Shown here: positions 48,018-59,378 of the stretch, piece after piece
How positions within the stretch are numbered: the first letter of the stretch is position 1
How the letters are laid out: the number at the start of each line of letters is the position of its first letter
Assembly: GCF_003018255.1 (NCBI RefSeq)
Contig: NZ_CP027440.1
Direction: 5' to 3' (one strand)
Length of the DNA: 64,000 bases
DNA from: Escherichia coli
GTDB lineage: Bacteria; Pseudomonadota; Gammaproteobacteria; Enterobacterales; Enterobacteriaceae
Program-made: the position numbers and the translations under genes
The notes under the pieces: model-generated
What the model was told of the DNA's origin: nothing
The model's database searches: none
What the model saw: the letters and a program-made list of their open reading frames with translations, nothing else

Positions 48018-49306
48018 AGGGAAAGATCACGCAACGCTGCTTTTTTGTACTAATTAATTCGCATTTTATGTTTAAAAATTGAGATATTCCTCATTACCTA
48101 AAGCTGTTTTTTATTGCTTATACATGATCAAATACTCCTTACATAATTAAGGAGAACAAAATGGAACTTAAAAAATTGATGGAACATATTTCTATTATCC
48201 CCGATTACAGACAAGCCTGGAAAGTGGAACATAAATTGTCGGATATTCTACTGTTGACTATTTGTGCCGTTATTTCTGGTGCAGAAGGCTGGGAAGATAT
48301 AGAGGATTTTGGGGAAACACATCTCGATTTTTTGAAGCAATATGGTGATTTTGAAAATGGTATTCCTGTTCACGATACCATTGCCAGAGTTGTATCCTGT
48401 ATCAGTCCTGCAAAATTTCACGAGTGCTTTATTAACTGGATGCGTGACTGCCATTCTTCAGATGATAAAGACGTTATTGCAATTGATGGAAAAACGCTCC
48501 GGCATTCTTATGACAAGAGTCGCCGCAGGGGAGCGATTCATGTCATTAGTGCGTTCTCAACAATGCACAGTCTGGTCATCGGACAGATCAGGACGGATGA
48601 GAAATCCAATGAGATCACAGCTATCCATGAACTTCTTAACATGCTGGATATTAAAGGAAAAATCATCACAACTGATGCGATGGGTTGCCAGAAAGATATC
48701 GCAGAGAAGATACAAAAACAGGGCGGTGATTATTTATTCGCTGTAAAAGGAAATCAGGGGCGGCTTAATAAAGCCTTTGAGGAAAAATTCCCACTGAAAG
48801 AATTAAATAATCCAGAGCATGACAGTTACGCAATTAGTGAAAAAAGTCACGGCAGAGAAGAAATCCGTCTTCACATTGTTTGCGATGTCCCTGATGAACT
48901 TATTGATTTCATGTTTGAATGGAAAGGTCTGAAGAAATTATGCGTGGCAGTCTCCTTTCGGTCAATAATAGCAGAACAAAAGAAAGAGCCCGAAATGACG
49001 GTCAGATATTATATCAGTTCTGCTGATTTAACCGCAGAGAAGTTCGCCACAGCAATCCGAAACCACTGACACGTGGAGAATAAGCTGCACTGGCGTCTGG
49101 ACGTGGTAATGAATGAAGACGACTGCAAAATAAGAAGAGGAAACGCCGCAGAATTATTTTCAGGGATACGGCACATCGCTATTAATATTTTAACGAATGA
49201 TAATGTATTCAAGGCAGGGTTAAGACGTAAGATGCGAAAAGCAGCCATGGACAGAAACTACCTGGCGTCAGTCCTTGCTGGGAGCGGGCTTTCGTAATCT
49301 TTCCCT
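48018..49306 (+). mobile_element. ISAs1-family insertion sequence (H-repeat type), copy 1, 1289 bp
   Basis: Terminal inverted repeats AGGGAAAGATCACG...CGTAATCTTTCCCT; same length and ends as copies 2 and 3; no flanking direct repeat. Confidence 0.75.
48161..49297 (+). pseudogene. ISAs1-family transposase (H-repeat-associated protein) interrupted by an in-frame TGA at 49067-49069
   Basis: ORFs 48161-49069 and 49073-49297 together match the intact 378-aa copies; RNH-stop-HVENK here versus RNHWHVENK in copies 2 and 3 (TGG to TGA). Confidence 0.7.
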
Positions 49307-49349
49307 GGCGTCAGTCCTTGCAAGGAGCGGGCTTTCGTAATCTTTCCCT
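49307..49349 (+). repeat. Partial tandem duplication (about 43 bp) of the IS right terminus
   Basis: cgtcagtccttgcaaggagcgggctttcgtaatctttccct repeats the last about 40 bp of the IS immediately after copy 1. Confidence 0.6.
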
Positions 49350-49769
49350 GGGCGGTATATCATCCAGGACTCGATTGGGCTGAAGGGGGGATGGAATCTG
49401 TACCAATATCCGCTGAATCCAGTGCAACACGTTGATCCATTAGGGCTTAGTACTATGATAATAGGTAACGGCCCCGTTCCTGATAATCCTTTTGGGCATG
49501 CTGCGGCGGCAAATCGATATGGATTAATGAGTTCGGGAACTGGGGATGAGATGGGAGCCTCTGTCTCTGATTATTTTAAAAAGATGCAACCCCGCAGAGA
49601 TACCTGGATTTGGATAATAGATACAACAGATGAAGAAGAACAATGTATGATGAATAAGGCAATAGACCTTAATAAAAAACTAAAAACTATTAACCTCGGG
49701 CCTCTTCCTGTTTTAAATAATTGTTTTAGCCGAACGAACATGATTTTTGAGGCGTGCGGGTTTAACAAC
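49350..49769 (+). pseudogene. Orphan rhs 3' fragment (core-end motif plus C-terminal toxin domain), lacking a 5' region and interrupted by IS copy 2
   Basis: In-frame translation [33 protein letters not shown] then toxin domain (ORF 49422-49805) running into the IS at 49770; homologous to the main rhs core end. Confidence 0.6.
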
Positions 49770-51058
49770 AGGGAAAGATCACGTAACGCTGCTTTTTTGT
49801 ACTAAATAATTCGCATTTTATGTTTAAAAATTGAGATATTCCTCATTACCTAAAGCTGTTTTTTATTGCTTATACATGATCAAATACTCCTTACATAATT
49901 AAGGAGAACAAAATGAAACTTAAAAAATTGATGGAACATATTTCTATTATCCCCGATTACAGACAAGCCTGGAAAGTGGAACATAAATTGTCGGATATTC
50001 TACTGTTGACTATTTGTGCCGTTATTTCTGGTGCAGAAGGCTGGGAAGATATAGAGGATTTTGGGGAAACACATCTCGATTTTTTAAAACAATATGGTGA
50101 TTTTGAAAATGGTATTCCTGTTCACGATACCATCGCCAGAGTTGTATCCTGTATCAGTCCTTCAAAATTTCACGAGTGCTTTATTAACTGGATGCGAGAT
50201 TGCCATACTTCAGATGATAAAGACGTTATTGCAATCGATGGAAAAACACTCCGGCATTCTTATGACAGGAGTCGCCGCAGGGGAGCGATTCATGTCATTA
50301 GTGCGTTCTCAACAATGCACAGTCTGGTCATCGGACAGATCAGGACGGATGAGAAATCTAATGAGATTACAGCTATCCCAGAACTTCTTAACATGCTGGA
50401 TATTAAAGGAAAAATCATCACAACTGATGCGATGGGTTGCCAGAAAGATATTGCAGAGAAGATACAAAAACAGGGCGGTGATTATTTATTCGCTGTAAAA
50501 GGAAATCAGGGGCGGCTTAATAAAGCCTTTGAGGAAAAATTCCCACTGAAAGAATTAAATAATCCAGAGCATGACAGTTACGCAATTAGTGAAAAAAGTC
50601 ACGGCAGAGAAGAAATCCGTCTTCACATTGTTTGCGATGTCCCTGATGAACTTATTGATTTCATGTTTGAATGGAAAGGTCTGAAGAAATTATGCGTGGC
50701 AGTCTCCTTTCGGTCAATAATAGCAGAACAAAAGAAAGAGCCCGAAATGACGGTCAGATATTATATCAGTTCTGCTGATTTAACCGCAGAGAAGTTCGCC
50801 ACAGCAATCCGAAACCACTGGCACGTGGAGAATAAGCTGCACTGGCGTCTGGACGTGGTAATGAATGAAGACGACTGCAAAATAAGAAGAGGAAACGCCG
50901 CAGAATTATTTTCAGGGATACGGCACATCGCTATTAATATTTTAACGAATGATAAGGTATTCAAGGCAGGGTTAAGACGTAAGATGCGAAAAGCAGCCAT
51001 GGACAGAAACTACCTGGCGTCAGTCCTTGCAGGGAGCGGGCTTTCGTAATCTTTCCCT
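49770..51058 (+). mobile_element. ISAs1-family insertion sequence (H-repeat type), copy 2, 1289 bp, flanked by a 12-bp direct repeat
   Basis: Same inverted repeats as copy 1; GGGTTTAACAAC present at 49758-49769 and 51059-51070. Confidence 0.8.
49913..51049 (+). CDS. ISAs1-family transposase (H-repeat-associated protein), intact
   Basis: 378-aa ORF ([25 protein letters not shown]...); about 98% identical to the copy 3 protein. Confidence 0.8.
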   Translation: MKLKKLMEHISIIPDYRQAWKVEHKLSDILLLTICAVISGAEGWEDIEDFGETHLDFLKQYGDFENGIPVHDTIARVVSCISPSKFHECFINWMRDCHTSDDKDVIAIDGKTLRHSYDRSRRRGAIHVISAFSTMHSLVIGQIRTDEKSNEITAIPELLNMLDIKGKIITTDAMGCQKDIAEKIQKQGGDYLFAVKGNQGRLNKAFEEKFPLKELNNPEHDSYAISEKSHGREEIRLHIVCDVPDELIDFMFEWKGLKKLCVAVSFRSIIAEQKKEPEMTVRYYISSADLTAEKFATAIRNHWHVENKLHWRLDVVMNEDDCKIRRGNAAELFSGIRHIAINILTNDKVFKAGLRRKMRKAAMDRNYLASVLAGSGLS

Positions 51059-51196
51059 GGGTTTAACAACCCCTCTATGAATACAAATGCGCCTATAAGC
51101 CTACAAGTGCTCGGTGAGCTTTATGGATATCAAAGATATATTATGCCTAAAGGTCCTTTCACTGGATTCCCATTTGAATTTCAAGAGGTAAAGTAA
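51059..51196 (+). pseudogene. 3' tail of the orphan rhs C-terminal toxin gene displaced by the IS copy 2 insertion
   Basis: Continues the upstream frame exactly after one copy of the direct repeat: GFNNPSMNTNAPISLQVLGELYGYQRYIMPKGPFTGFPFEFQEVK-stop, with stop TAA abutting the next ATG. Confidence 0.55.
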
Positions 51197-51595
51197 ATGG
51201 AAATGCTTGGGAAGATATTAGTGATAATTATTTCCATGATAATTATATCTTGTGATTATTATAATGCTGGCATGGACTATCAAGATAATATAGCCCTCGA
51301 GCAAGTCGTAACATGGGATTCTGATAATATATTCACACCTAATATCTTTGAACATAATGGAAGATGTTTTATGAAGAAAAATGAAACATGGATGTTATTA
51401 AATGGAGATGCAACACCAAACATTAGAACAATGAGCAATAAGAAAATAGAATGCCTGGAGAAGAGTGAAGTAGAATGGGCTAGTAGGGTTTGCGACAGTA
51501 TCACAGACAAGGAAAGGGAAAATCTGAAGGCATTAATATGTAGCAAACCAGCTAAATCAGTTAATACAGGCAAAAGACCAGCGTTAGGATATTGA
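51197..51595 (+). CDS. Putative immunity protein for the orphan rhs C-terminal toxin
   Basis: 132-aa ORF starting at the toxin stop (TAAATG); hydrophobic N-terminus; AT-rich, typical of rhs immunity genes. Confidence 0.45.
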   Translation: MEMLGKILVIIISMIIISCDYYNAGMDYQDNIALEQVVTWDSDNIFTPNIFEHNGRCFMKKNETWMLLNGDATPNIRTMSNKKIECLEKSEVEWASRVCDSITDKERENLKALICSKPAKSVNTGKRPALGY

Positions 51596-51639
51596 AACCG
51601 GCACTGCACTCTATCACTATTACAATATTCTGAGTGACT

Positions 51640-51732
51640 AGAGCAACTGCTCCGCCATCCGGGCTAGCAGTATGACGACGAATCCGAACTGCACTACAAC
51701 TGGCACCGGTACTACAATCCGGGACAGGGACT
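51640..51732 (+). pseudogene. Degenerate rhs core-end remnant truncated by IS copy 3
   Basis: actgcactacaactggcaccggtactacaatccgggacaggg is about 75% identical to the main rhs core 3' region around 46916-46960 and stops at the IS left end. Confidence 0.4.
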
Positions 51733-53021
51733 AGGGAAAGATCACGCAACGCTGCTTTTTTGTACTAAATAATTCGCATTTTATGTTTAAAAATTGAGAT
51801 ATTCCTCATTACCTGAAGCTGTTTTTTATTGCTTATACATGATCAAATACTCCTTACATAATTAAGGAGAACAAAATGGAACTTAAAAAATTGATGGAGC
51901 ATATTTCTATTATCCCCGATTACAGACAAGCCTGGAAAGTGGAACATAAATTGTCGGATATTCTACTGTTGACTATTTGTGCCGTTATTTCTGGTGCAGA
52001 AGGCTGGGAAGATATAGAGGATTTTGGGGAAACACATCTCGATTTTTTGAAGCAATATGGTGATTTTGAAAATGGTATTCCTGTTCACGATACCATTGCC
52101 AGAGTTGTATCCTGTATCAGTCCTGCAAAATTTCACGAGTGCTTTATTAACTGGATGCGTGACTGCCATTCTTCAGATGATAAAGACGTTATTGCAATTG
52201 ATGGAAAAACGCTCCGGCATTCTTATGACAAGAGTCGCCGCAGGGGAGCGATTCATGTCATTAGTGCGTTCTCAACAATGCACAGTCTGGTCATCGGACA
52301 GATCAGGACGGATGAGAAATCCAATGAGATCACAGCTATCCATGAACTTCTTAACATGTTGGATATTAAAGGAAAAATTATCACAACTGATGCGATGGGT
52401 TGCCAGAAAGATATCGCAGAGAAGATACAAAAACAGGGCGGTGATTATTTATTCGCTGTAAAAGGAAATCAGGGGCGGCTTAATAAAGCCTTTGAGGAAA
52501 AATTCCCACTGAAAGAATTAAATAATCCAGAGCATGACAGTTACGCAATTAGTGAAAAGAGTCACGGCAGAGAAGAAATCCGTCTTCACATTGTTTGCGA
52601 TGTCCCTGATGAACTTATTGATTTCATGTTTGAATGGAAAGGTCTGAAGAAATTATGCGTGGCAGTCTCCTTTCGGTCAATAATAGCAGAACAAAAGAAA
52701 GAGCCAGAAATGACGGTCAGATATTATATCAGTTCTGCTGATTTAACCGCAGAGAAGTTCGCCACAGCAATCCGAAACCACTGGCACGTGGAGAATAAGC
52801 TGCACTGGCGTCTGGACGTGGTAATGAATGAAGACGACTGCAAAATAAGAAGAGGAAATGCAGCAGAATTATTTTCAGGGATACGGCACATCGCTATTAA
52901 TATTTTAACGAATGATAATGTATTCAAGGCAGGGTTAAGACGTAAGATGCGAAAAGCAGCCATGGACAGAAACTACCTGGCGTCAGTCCTTGCTGGGAGC
53001 GGGCTTTCGTAATCTTTCCCT
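51733..53021 (+). mobile_element. ISAs1-family insertion sequence (H-repeat type), copy 3, 1289 bp
   Basis: Same inverted repeats; followed by a partial (about 27 bp) duplicate of the right terminus; no flanking direct repeat. Confidence 0.75.
51876..53012 (+). CDS. ISAs1-family transposase (H-repeat-associated protein), intact
   Basis: 378-aa ORF, near-identical to copy 1 but without the premature stop. Confidence 0.8.
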   Translation: MELKKLMEHISIIPDYRQAWKVEHKLSDILLLTICAVISGAEGWEDIEDFGETHLDFLKQYGDFENGIPVHDTIARVVSCISPAKFHECFINWMRDCHSSDDKDVIAIDGKTLRHSYDKSRRRGAIHVISAFSTMHSLVIGQIRTDEKSNEITAIHELLNMLDIKGKIITTDAMGCQKDIAEKIQKQGGDYLFAVKGNQGRLNKAFEEKFPLKELNNPEHDSYAISEKSHGREEIRLHIVCDVPDELIDFMFEWKGLKKLCVAVSFRSIIAEQKKEPEMTVRYYISSADLTAEKFATAIRNHWHVENKLHWRLDVVMNEDDCKIRRGNAAELFSGIRHIAINILTNDNVFKAGLRRKMRKAAMDRNYLASVLAGSGLS

Positions 53022-53081
53022 GGGGGAGCGGGCTTTCGTAGTCTTACCCTGACTCTCCCCAGCCCTAAACACAACCCCCAC

Positions 53082-53852
53082 TCACCACAACCTAAACTCA
53101 TCCGCATCCCGCCATGCCGGAAACTTTTCTCTATATTCCCGCAATGCCATCATCGACAGCTCCGCATCAATGCGCGTTGCCTGATGCGCGTCGGCAGTAG
53201 CGATAATCTCGCCTTGCGGATTAATCACCCGGCTGTCACCGCGATAATGGCAGCCGTTGCCATCGCTGCCGACGCGATTGCATCCCGCCACATACGCTTG
53301 ATTCTCAATCGCGCGGGCTGTCAGCAATGCCTGCCAGTGCAGAGAGCGCGGAGCAGGCCAGTTGGCGACGTACAGGGCGAGGTCATAATCGTTGAGATTG
53401 CGCGACCACACCGGAAAACGTAAGTCGTAGCACACCAGCGGCAAAATACGCCAGCCGCGCCATTCCACAATCACTCGCTCATTGCCCGCTTTATAATGCA
53501 GATGCTCATCTGCCATGCGGAACAGATGACGCTTATCATAAAAATGTACCGTGCCGCCCGGCTCAACCAGCAAAAAGCGGTTAACCGAACCAGACTCCGT
53601 TTGTAATGCAACACTGCCTGCAATCAGCGCATTGCACTGCTGCGCTTTAGCGGTCATCCAGTTCACTACGTCATCTTGTGCTAGCGACGAAGCTGCCGCT
53701 TCCATGGCAAAGCCGCTGGTAAACATCTCCGGTAGAACGATCACATCGCGCCCGGTAATACCTTCCAGTTGACGATCAAAATGGCGCAGGTTGGCAGGAC
53801 CATCCATCCACACCAGTGGTTGCTGCAAAAGCGTAATCTTCAAACCAGGCAC
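53082..53852 (-). CDS. yafV: Nitrilase-superfamily amidase (omega-amidase, YafV type)
   Basis: ORF 53082-53861 trimmed to GTG 53852 with AAGGAG RBS; carbon-nitrogen hydrolase motifs (VLPEMF, CYDLRFP). Confidence 0.85.
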   Translation of the reverse strand: MPGLKITLLQQPLVWMDGPANLRHFDRQLEGITGRDVIVLPEMFTSGFAMEAAASSLAQDDVVNWMTAKAQQCNALIAGSVALQTESGSVNRFLLVEPGGTVHFYDKRHLFRMADEHLHYKAGNERVIVEWRGWRILPLVCYDLRFPVWSRNLNDYDLALYVANWPAPRSLHWQALLTARAIENQAYVAGCNRVGSDGNGCHYRGDSRVINPQGEIIATADAHQATRIDAELSMMALREYREKFPAWRDADEFRLW

Positions 53853-54005
53853 GGTGTACAACTCCTTTATGCGAAGGGTTTTATAACTCTAACACCTTAT
53901 CAGGCAGTTGCCTTAGCGCAGAATAAATTGATAACAAATGCTGATATTGGAAATATCTGATTTGCAAATTATCGTGTTATCGCCAGGCTTTAGGGAGTTA
54001 ATCAC

Positions 54006-54479
54006 ATGGGCAGGATAAGCCCGGGAGGAATGATGTTTAAGGCAATAACGACAGTCGCCGCTCTGGTCATCGCCACCAGTGCAATGGCGCAGGATGATTT
54101 AACCATTAGCAGTCTTGCAAAGGGCGAAACCACCAAAGCGGCGTTTAATCAGATGGTGCAAGGGCATAAGCTGCCTGCCTGGGTGATGAAAGGCGGTACT
54201 TATACTCCCGCACAAACCGTGACATTGGGAGATGAGACGTATCAGGTGATGAGCGCGTGCAAACCGCATGACTGTGGCTCGCAACGTATCGCTGTGATGT
54301 GGTCCGAGAAATCTAATCAGATGACGGGGCTGTTCTCGACTATTGATGAGAAAACGTCGCAAGAGAAACTCACCTGGTTGAATGTGAACGATGCGCTTTC
54401 TATTGATGGTAAAACGGTGCTGTTCGCGGCGTTGACCGGCAGCCTGGAAAACCATCCGGATGGCTTTAATTTTAAATAA
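54006..54479 (+). CDS. ivy: Inhibitor of vertebrate (C-type) lysozyme, periplasmic
   Basis: 157-aa ORF with signal peptide and the CKPHDC loop motif. Confidence 0.88.
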   Translation: MGRISPGGMMFKAITTVAALVIATSAMAQDDLTISSLAKGETTKAAFNQMVQGHKLPAWVMKGGTYTPAQTVTLGDETYQVMSACKPHDCGSQRIAVMWSEKSNQMTGLFSTIDEKTSQEKLTWLNVNDALSIDGKTVLFAALTGSLENHPDGFNFK

Positions 54480-54521
54480 TTAGCGGATAAAGAAACGGAG
54501 CCTTTCGGCTCCGTTATTCAA

Positions 54522-56966
54522 TTACGCGGCTTCAACTTTCCGCACTTTCTCCGGCAACTTTACCGGCTTCGTCGCCAGCTCTTCCGGATCAAAGTCATCA
54601 ACGTTAATACTGCGCAGACGGCTTTCTTCAGCTTTCACCAGAATAGCGGCTTCATCTTTATCAATCAGCCCCTTCGCCAGCGCGTTGTGCGCCAGTTCAT
54701 CCAGACGGGTAAACGGCAGGTTTTTACCCAGCTCTTTACAGATCCGCTGATGAATCGGGTCGGCGGCAATCACATCCACCAGCGCCTCTTCCAGTAAACC
54801 AACCGGGTTATGCTCGCTCGGCGTCAGGTACTGACCGCGACCAATGCGGGAACGGGTGGCGTTCGGCACTTGTAAAATCTTCGCCACCTTATGATCCAGC
54901 TTGTCAGAAGGTGCCAGATAATGACGTCCGGTCGGGAAGATCACCACATTCAGCAGCCCGGCAACCACGCGGTTCGGGAAGTTTTGCAGTAAATCGTCCA
55001 TCGCCTGTTCTGCCTGATACAGCGCATCCTGTACGCCCCAGTGCACCAGCGGCAGGTCGGCTTCGTTGCGGCCTTCGTCGTCATAACGCTTCAAAACGGC
55101 AGAGGCGAGGTAAAGCTGACTTAAAATATCCCCCAGACGTGCCGAGATACGCTCACGACGTTTCAGGCTGCCGCCCAGCACCGCCATCGAGACATCAGAA
55201 AGCAGGGCGAGGTTGGCGCTCAGGCGGTTCAGGTGCTGATAGTAGCGTTTAGTGGCATCGCCGGTTGGCGTGCTGCTGGTTAAACCGCGCGTCAGGCCCA
55301 GCCAGAAGCTGCGAACTTTGTTGCTACCGACGTGACCGATATGTTTGAACAGCAGTTTATCGAACGCATTTACGTCATTGTTCTTCGCCGCTTCCATCTC
55401 TTCCAGCACGTACGGATGGCAACGAATCGCTCCTTGTCCGAAGATCATCATGCTGCGGGTCAGAATGTTAGCCCCTTCAACGGTGATGGCAATCGGTGCG
55501 CCCTGGTAAGCACGGGCCAGGAAGTTACTTTGCCCGAGCATAATGCCTTTGCCACCAGTGATATCCATCGCATCAATAATCGACTGCTGCCCACGGTGGG
55601 TACAGTGATACTTAACGATAGCCGACAGCACGGCAGGTTTTTCACCGAGCATAATGCCGTAGGTAATCAGCGATGCCGCAGCATCCATTACATAAGCGTT
55701 TCCGGCAATACGCGCCAGCGGCTCTTCAATCCCTTCCATCTTACCAATAGAGATTTTGAACTGACGGCGGATGTGCGCATACGCACCCGTTGCCAGCGCT
55801 ACCGATTTCACGCCGCCGGTTGAGTTGGAAGGCAGGGTGATACCGCGGCCTACCGAGAGGCACTCCACCAGCATCCGCCAGCCTTGCCCGGCCATTTTGG
55901 GTCCGCCGATAATGTAATCGATCGGTACGAAGACATCTTTACCGCGCGTCGGTCCGTTCTGGAACGGCACGTTCAGCGGGAAGTGGCGACGACCAATTTC
56001 CACGCCCGGCGTGGTGGTCGGGATCAGCGCACAGGTAATACCTAAATCTTCTGCGCCACCCAGCAGTTTTTCCGGGTCGGAGAGTTTAAACGCCAGACCA
56101 AGCACGGTCGCAATCGGCGCGAGCGTAATGTAGCGTTTGTTCCAGGTCAGTCGCATCCCCAGCACCTGCTGGCCCTGCCACTCGCCCATGCAAACAATCC
56201 CGGTATCCGGAATCGCGCCCGCATCGGAACCCGCTTCGGGGCTGGTCAGTGCAAAGCAAGGGATCTCCTGACCACGCGCCAGACGCGGCAGATAGTGATC
56301 TTTCTGCTCGTCAGTGCCGTAATGTTGCAGTAGCTCACCCGGGCCTAATGAGTTTGGCACGCCGACGGTAATCGCCAGGATCCCGCTCACTCCGGAGAGT
56401 TTTTGCAGCACGCGAGACTGGGCATAAGCCGAGAACTCCAGCCCGCCGTACTCTTTTTTGATGATCATCGCGAAGAAGCGATGCTCTTTAAGATACGCCC
56501 ACAGCTCCGGCGGCAAATCCGCCAGCTCATGGGTAATCTGGAAATCATTCGCCATCCTGCAGGCTTCTTCTACCGGGCCGTCGAGAAACGCTTGCTCTTC
56601 TGCGGTCAGGCGCGGCTGCGGATAGTTATGCAGCTTTTTCCAGTCCGGCTTGCCCTGGAACAAATCGCCTTCCCACCAGGTGGTGCCCGCATCAATCGCT
56701 TCTTTCTCAGTGCGCGACATCGGCGGCATCACCTTACGGAAACCGCGAAATACCGGCGCGGAAATCATCGACTTACGCATAGGCGCAAAGTTAAATGGCA
56801 CGAGGATAATGGCCAGAGGCACCAGTACCCACGCCGACCACAGACCAGCAACGCCGAGTGCGGCTGTCCAGGCGAGCAAAATCAGACTGCTGATAAATAA
56901 GCTCACGCGGTGATAGAACAACGCGCCGAGCAGGACAACCGTAGCGAGAATACTCAAAATCATCAT
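54522..56966 (-). CDS. fadE: Acyl-CoA dehydrogenase
   Basis: ORF 54522-57044 trimmed to ATG 56966 ([14 protein letters not shown]...); 814 aa with N-terminal membrane anchor and ACAD domains. Confidence 0.9.
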   Translation of the reverse strand: MMILSILATVVLLGALFYHRVSLFISSLILLAWTAALGVAGLWSAWVLVPLAIILVPFNFAPMRKSMISAPVFRGFRKVMPPMSRTEKEAIDAGTTWWEGDLFQGKPDWKKLHNYPQPRLTAEEQAFLDGPVEEACRMANDFQITHELADLPPELWAYLKEHRFFAMIIKKEYGGLEFSAYAQSRVLQKLSGVSGILAITVGVPNSLGPGELLQHYGTDEQKDHYLPRLARGQEIPCFALTSPEAGSDAGAIPDTGIVCMGEWQGQQVLGMRLTWNKRYITLAPIATVLGLAFKLSDPEKLLGGAEDLGITCALIPTTTPGVEIGRRHFPLNVPFQNGPTRGKDVFVPIDYIIGGPKMAGQGWRMLVECLSVGRGITLPSNSTGGVKSVALATGAYAHIRRQFKISIGKMEGIEEPLARIAGNAYVMDAAASLITYGIMLGEKPAVLSAIVKYHCTHRGQQSIIDAMDITGGKGIMLGQSNFLARAYQGAPIAITVEGANILTRSMMIFGQGAIRCHPYVLEEMEAAKNNDVNAFDKLLFKHIGHVGSNKVRSFWLGLTRGLTSSTPTGDATKRYYQHLNRLSANLALLSDVSMAVLGGSLKRRERISARLGDILSQLYLASAVLKRYDDEGRNEADLPLVHWGVQDALYQAEQAMDDLLQNFPNRVVAGLLNVVIFPTGRHYLAPSDKLDHKVAKILQVPNATRSRIGRGQYLTPSEHNPVGLLEEALVDVIAADPIHQRICKELGKNLPFTRLDELAHNALAKGLIDKDEAAILVKAEESRLRSINVDDFDPEELATKPVKLPEKVRKVEAA

Positions 56967-57205
56967 AACGAAAAGCCCCTTACTTGTAGGAGGTCTGACC
57001 ACTTGTGATGATATGGTTGTAGTGGATGTAAAAACATTTAGCAATACGTTTACAATATAATTACAACAAAGCTCACATTGTTGCTGTTTTTATCCGCACT
57101 TCAGGTCAAAAAGTCCTGGTCATAGCACCTGCCCGTACTTCTCGCTTTTGGCGGTATCCGGTACACTGCATTTTGTCTATTACATTTATGCTGAAGGATA
57201 TCCTC

Positions 57206-57784
57206 ATGTACCAGGATCTTATTCGTAACGAACTGAACGAAGCGGCGGAAACGCTGGCTAATTTTTTAAAAGATGACGCCAATATTCACGCCATTCAGCA
57301 CGCGGCGGTCCTGTTAGCAGACAGCTTTAAAGCCGGTGGCAAAGTGCTTTCCTGCGGCAACGGCGGCTCCCATTGCGACGCTATGCACTTTGCCGAAGAG
57401 TTGACCGGTCGCTACCGTGAAAACCGTCCGGGCTACCCGGCGATTGCCATTTCTGACGTCAGCCATATTTCCTGCGTCGGTAACGATTTTGGTTTCAATG
57501 ATATTTTCTCCCGTTACGTTGAAGCGGTAGGTCGCGAAGGCGATGTACTGCTGGGGATCTCCACCTCCGGTAACTCTGCAAACGTGATCAAAGCGATCGC
57601 GGCGGCGCGTGAGAAGGGGATGAAAGTGATCACCCTGACCGGTAAAGACGGCGGCAAAATGGCTGGCACAGCGGATATCGAAATTCGCGTACCGCACTTT
57701 GGTTATGCCGACCGCATTCAGGAGATCCACATTAAAGTGATCCATATCCTGATCCAGTTAATTGAAAAAGAGATGGTTAAGTAA
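57206..57784 (+). CDS. gmhA: Phosphoheptose isomerase (sedoheptulose-7-phosphate isomerase)
   Basis: ORF trimmed to ATG 57206 ([20 protein letters not shown]...); SIS domain. Confidence 0.9.
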   Translation: MYQDLIRNELNEAAETLANFLKDDANIHAIQHAAVLLADSFKAGGKVLSCGNGGSHCDAMHFAEELTGRYRENRPGYPAIAISDVSHISCVGNDFGFNDIFSRYVEAVGREGDVLLGISTSGNSANVIKAIAAAREKGMKVITLTGKDGGKMAGTADIEIRVPHFGYADRIQEIHIKVIHILIQLIEKEMVK

Positions 57785-57899
57785 GGTCTTTTCTCCCTTT
57801 CAGGGAGAGGGCCGGGGTGAGGGTAACAGCCTGAACCTTTGTACTTTTTAATCAATCTTCGCCGGGGGCCATGCGCTCCCGCTGTTGTGGAGGTTACCC

Positions 57900-58667
57900 A
57901 TGTGCGAATTGCTCGGGATGAGCGCCAACGTCCCTACCGATATCTGCTTTAGTTTCACCGGACTTGTACAGCGTGGTGGTGGAACCGGGCCACATAAAGA
58001 TGGCTGGGGCATTACCTTTTACGAAGGTAAAGGCTGTCGCACATTTAAAGATCCGCAACCCAGCTTTAATTCCCCCATCGCCAAACTTGTCCAGGACTAC
58101 CCGATAAAATCCTGTTCGGTGGTGGCTCATATTCGCCAGGCTAATCGGGGCGAGGTGGCGCTGGAAAATACTCACCCGTTTACCCGCGAGTTATGGGGGC
58201 GTAACTGGACTTATGCCCATAATGGACAACTGACGGGCTACAAATCACTGGAAACCGGCAACTTCCGCCCGGTCGGTGAAACCGATAGCGAAAAAGCCTT
58301 TTGCTGGCTCCTGCATAAATTAACGCAGCGTTACCCGCGCACACCGGGCAACATGGCGGCAGTGTTTAAATATATCGCCTCACTGGCGGATGAACTGCGG
58401 CAGAAGGGCGTTTTCAACATGCTGCTTTCTGACGGGCGCTATGTAATGGCGTATTGCTCGACTAATTTACACTGGATCACCCGCCGCGCGCCGTTTGGCG
58501 TGGCAACGTTGCTGGATCAGGATGTGGAAATCGACTTCAGCTCGCAGACCACACCGAATGATGTGGTCACGGTGATTGCGACACAGCCGCTGACGGGCAA
58601 TGAAACCTGGCAAAAGATTATGCCAGGTGAATGGCGCTTATTTTGCCTCGGGGAGCGTGTAGTTTGA
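57900..58667 (+). CDS. yafJ: Class II glutamine amidotransferase-like protein
   Basis: ORF trimmed to ATG 57900 ([11 protein letters not shown]..., N-terminal catalytic Cys after Met). Confidence 0.85.
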   Translation: MCELLGMSANVPTDICFSFTGLVQRGGGTGPHKDGWGITFYEGKGCRTFKDPQPSFNSPIAKLVQDYPIKSCSVVAHIRQANRGEVALENTHPFTRELWGRNWTYAHNGQLTGYKSLETGNFRPVGETDSEKAFCWLLHKLTQRYPRTPGNMAAVFKYIASLADELRQKGVFNMLLSDGRYVMAYCSTNLHWITRRAPFGVATLLDQDVEIDFSSQTTPNDVVTVIATQPLTGNETWQKIMPGEWRLFCLGERVV

Positions 58668-59378
58668 TGCCAGTTGTGGCTGCACAACTTCGTGGCTTAA
58701 CGGCTTGCTGACCACGTAACGGCCATTGACCACAGAAACGGTCGGTGGCTTACGGGTTTGCTCAAAGTAGTCGTAGCCTGGCTTCAGTTGCTCCCAGAAG
58801 TCCTTAAAGTTGGAATATTTATGGCGCTTCATATTGGCGTCGGTCATACGGAACGGGTAAATACTCACTTGCACGCTCGGCTGACCAAACACCAGCGCAC
58901 CAGTAACGAACTGGAAGATCTCATCAATACCCTGATTGGTCATCGCGTAGCAGCCGATGGAAACACAATCGCCGTGAATCATCAGGTATTTCCCTTCATA
59001 ACCATGCGCACGGTCATAGGCGTTTGGGAATCCAATATTAATCGCTTTGTAGTAACGGCTGTCTGGTTTTAACTGATTACGCTGGACGCTATAAAACCCT
59101 TCCGGGCTTTTGAAATCGCCCTGACGCTGTTTTGGCCCTAAGCCGCCGGAATATTTACAGATTTTATAGCTGTCGAGCAGTTGATATTGCTCGCCCATTT
59201 TGACGTAGAGATCGAGCGTACGTTCTTCCTTGAAGATCTGGATGTAGACAGGGGATCCCATCAACTGCTGCTTATACTCTTTGCTCACTGGCGTGGTCGA
59301 GCTACTGCTGCCCAGCAAACCGGCAAACGAAACGCACGGGATCAACAACATCGCAAGAATTAATGCGATTTTACGCAT
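58638..59378 (-). CDS. yafK: Periplasmic L,D-transpeptidase-fold (YkuD-like) protein
   Basis: 246-aa ORF with signal peptide and [12 protein letters not shown] motif (L,D-transpeptidase-like His/Cys). Confidence 0.85.
   Translation of the reverse strand: MRKIALILAMLLIPCVSFAGLLGSSSSTTPVSKEYKQQLMGSPVYIQIFKEERTLDLYVKMGEQYQLLDSYKICKYSGGLGPKQRQGDFKSPEGFYSVQRNQLKPDSRYYKAINIGFPNAYDRAHGYEGKYLMIHGDCVSIGCYAMTNQGIDEIFQFVTGALVFGQPSVQVSIYPFRMTDANMKRHKYSNFKDFWEQLKPGYDYFEQTRKPPTVSVVNGRYVVSKPLSHEVVQPQLASNYTLPEAK

Noticed and set aside
57785-57840. Hairpin ctccctttcagggagag after gmhA, considered as a terminator or REP unit
   Set aside because: The stem is short and there is no clear T-run; too weak to call without transcript data.
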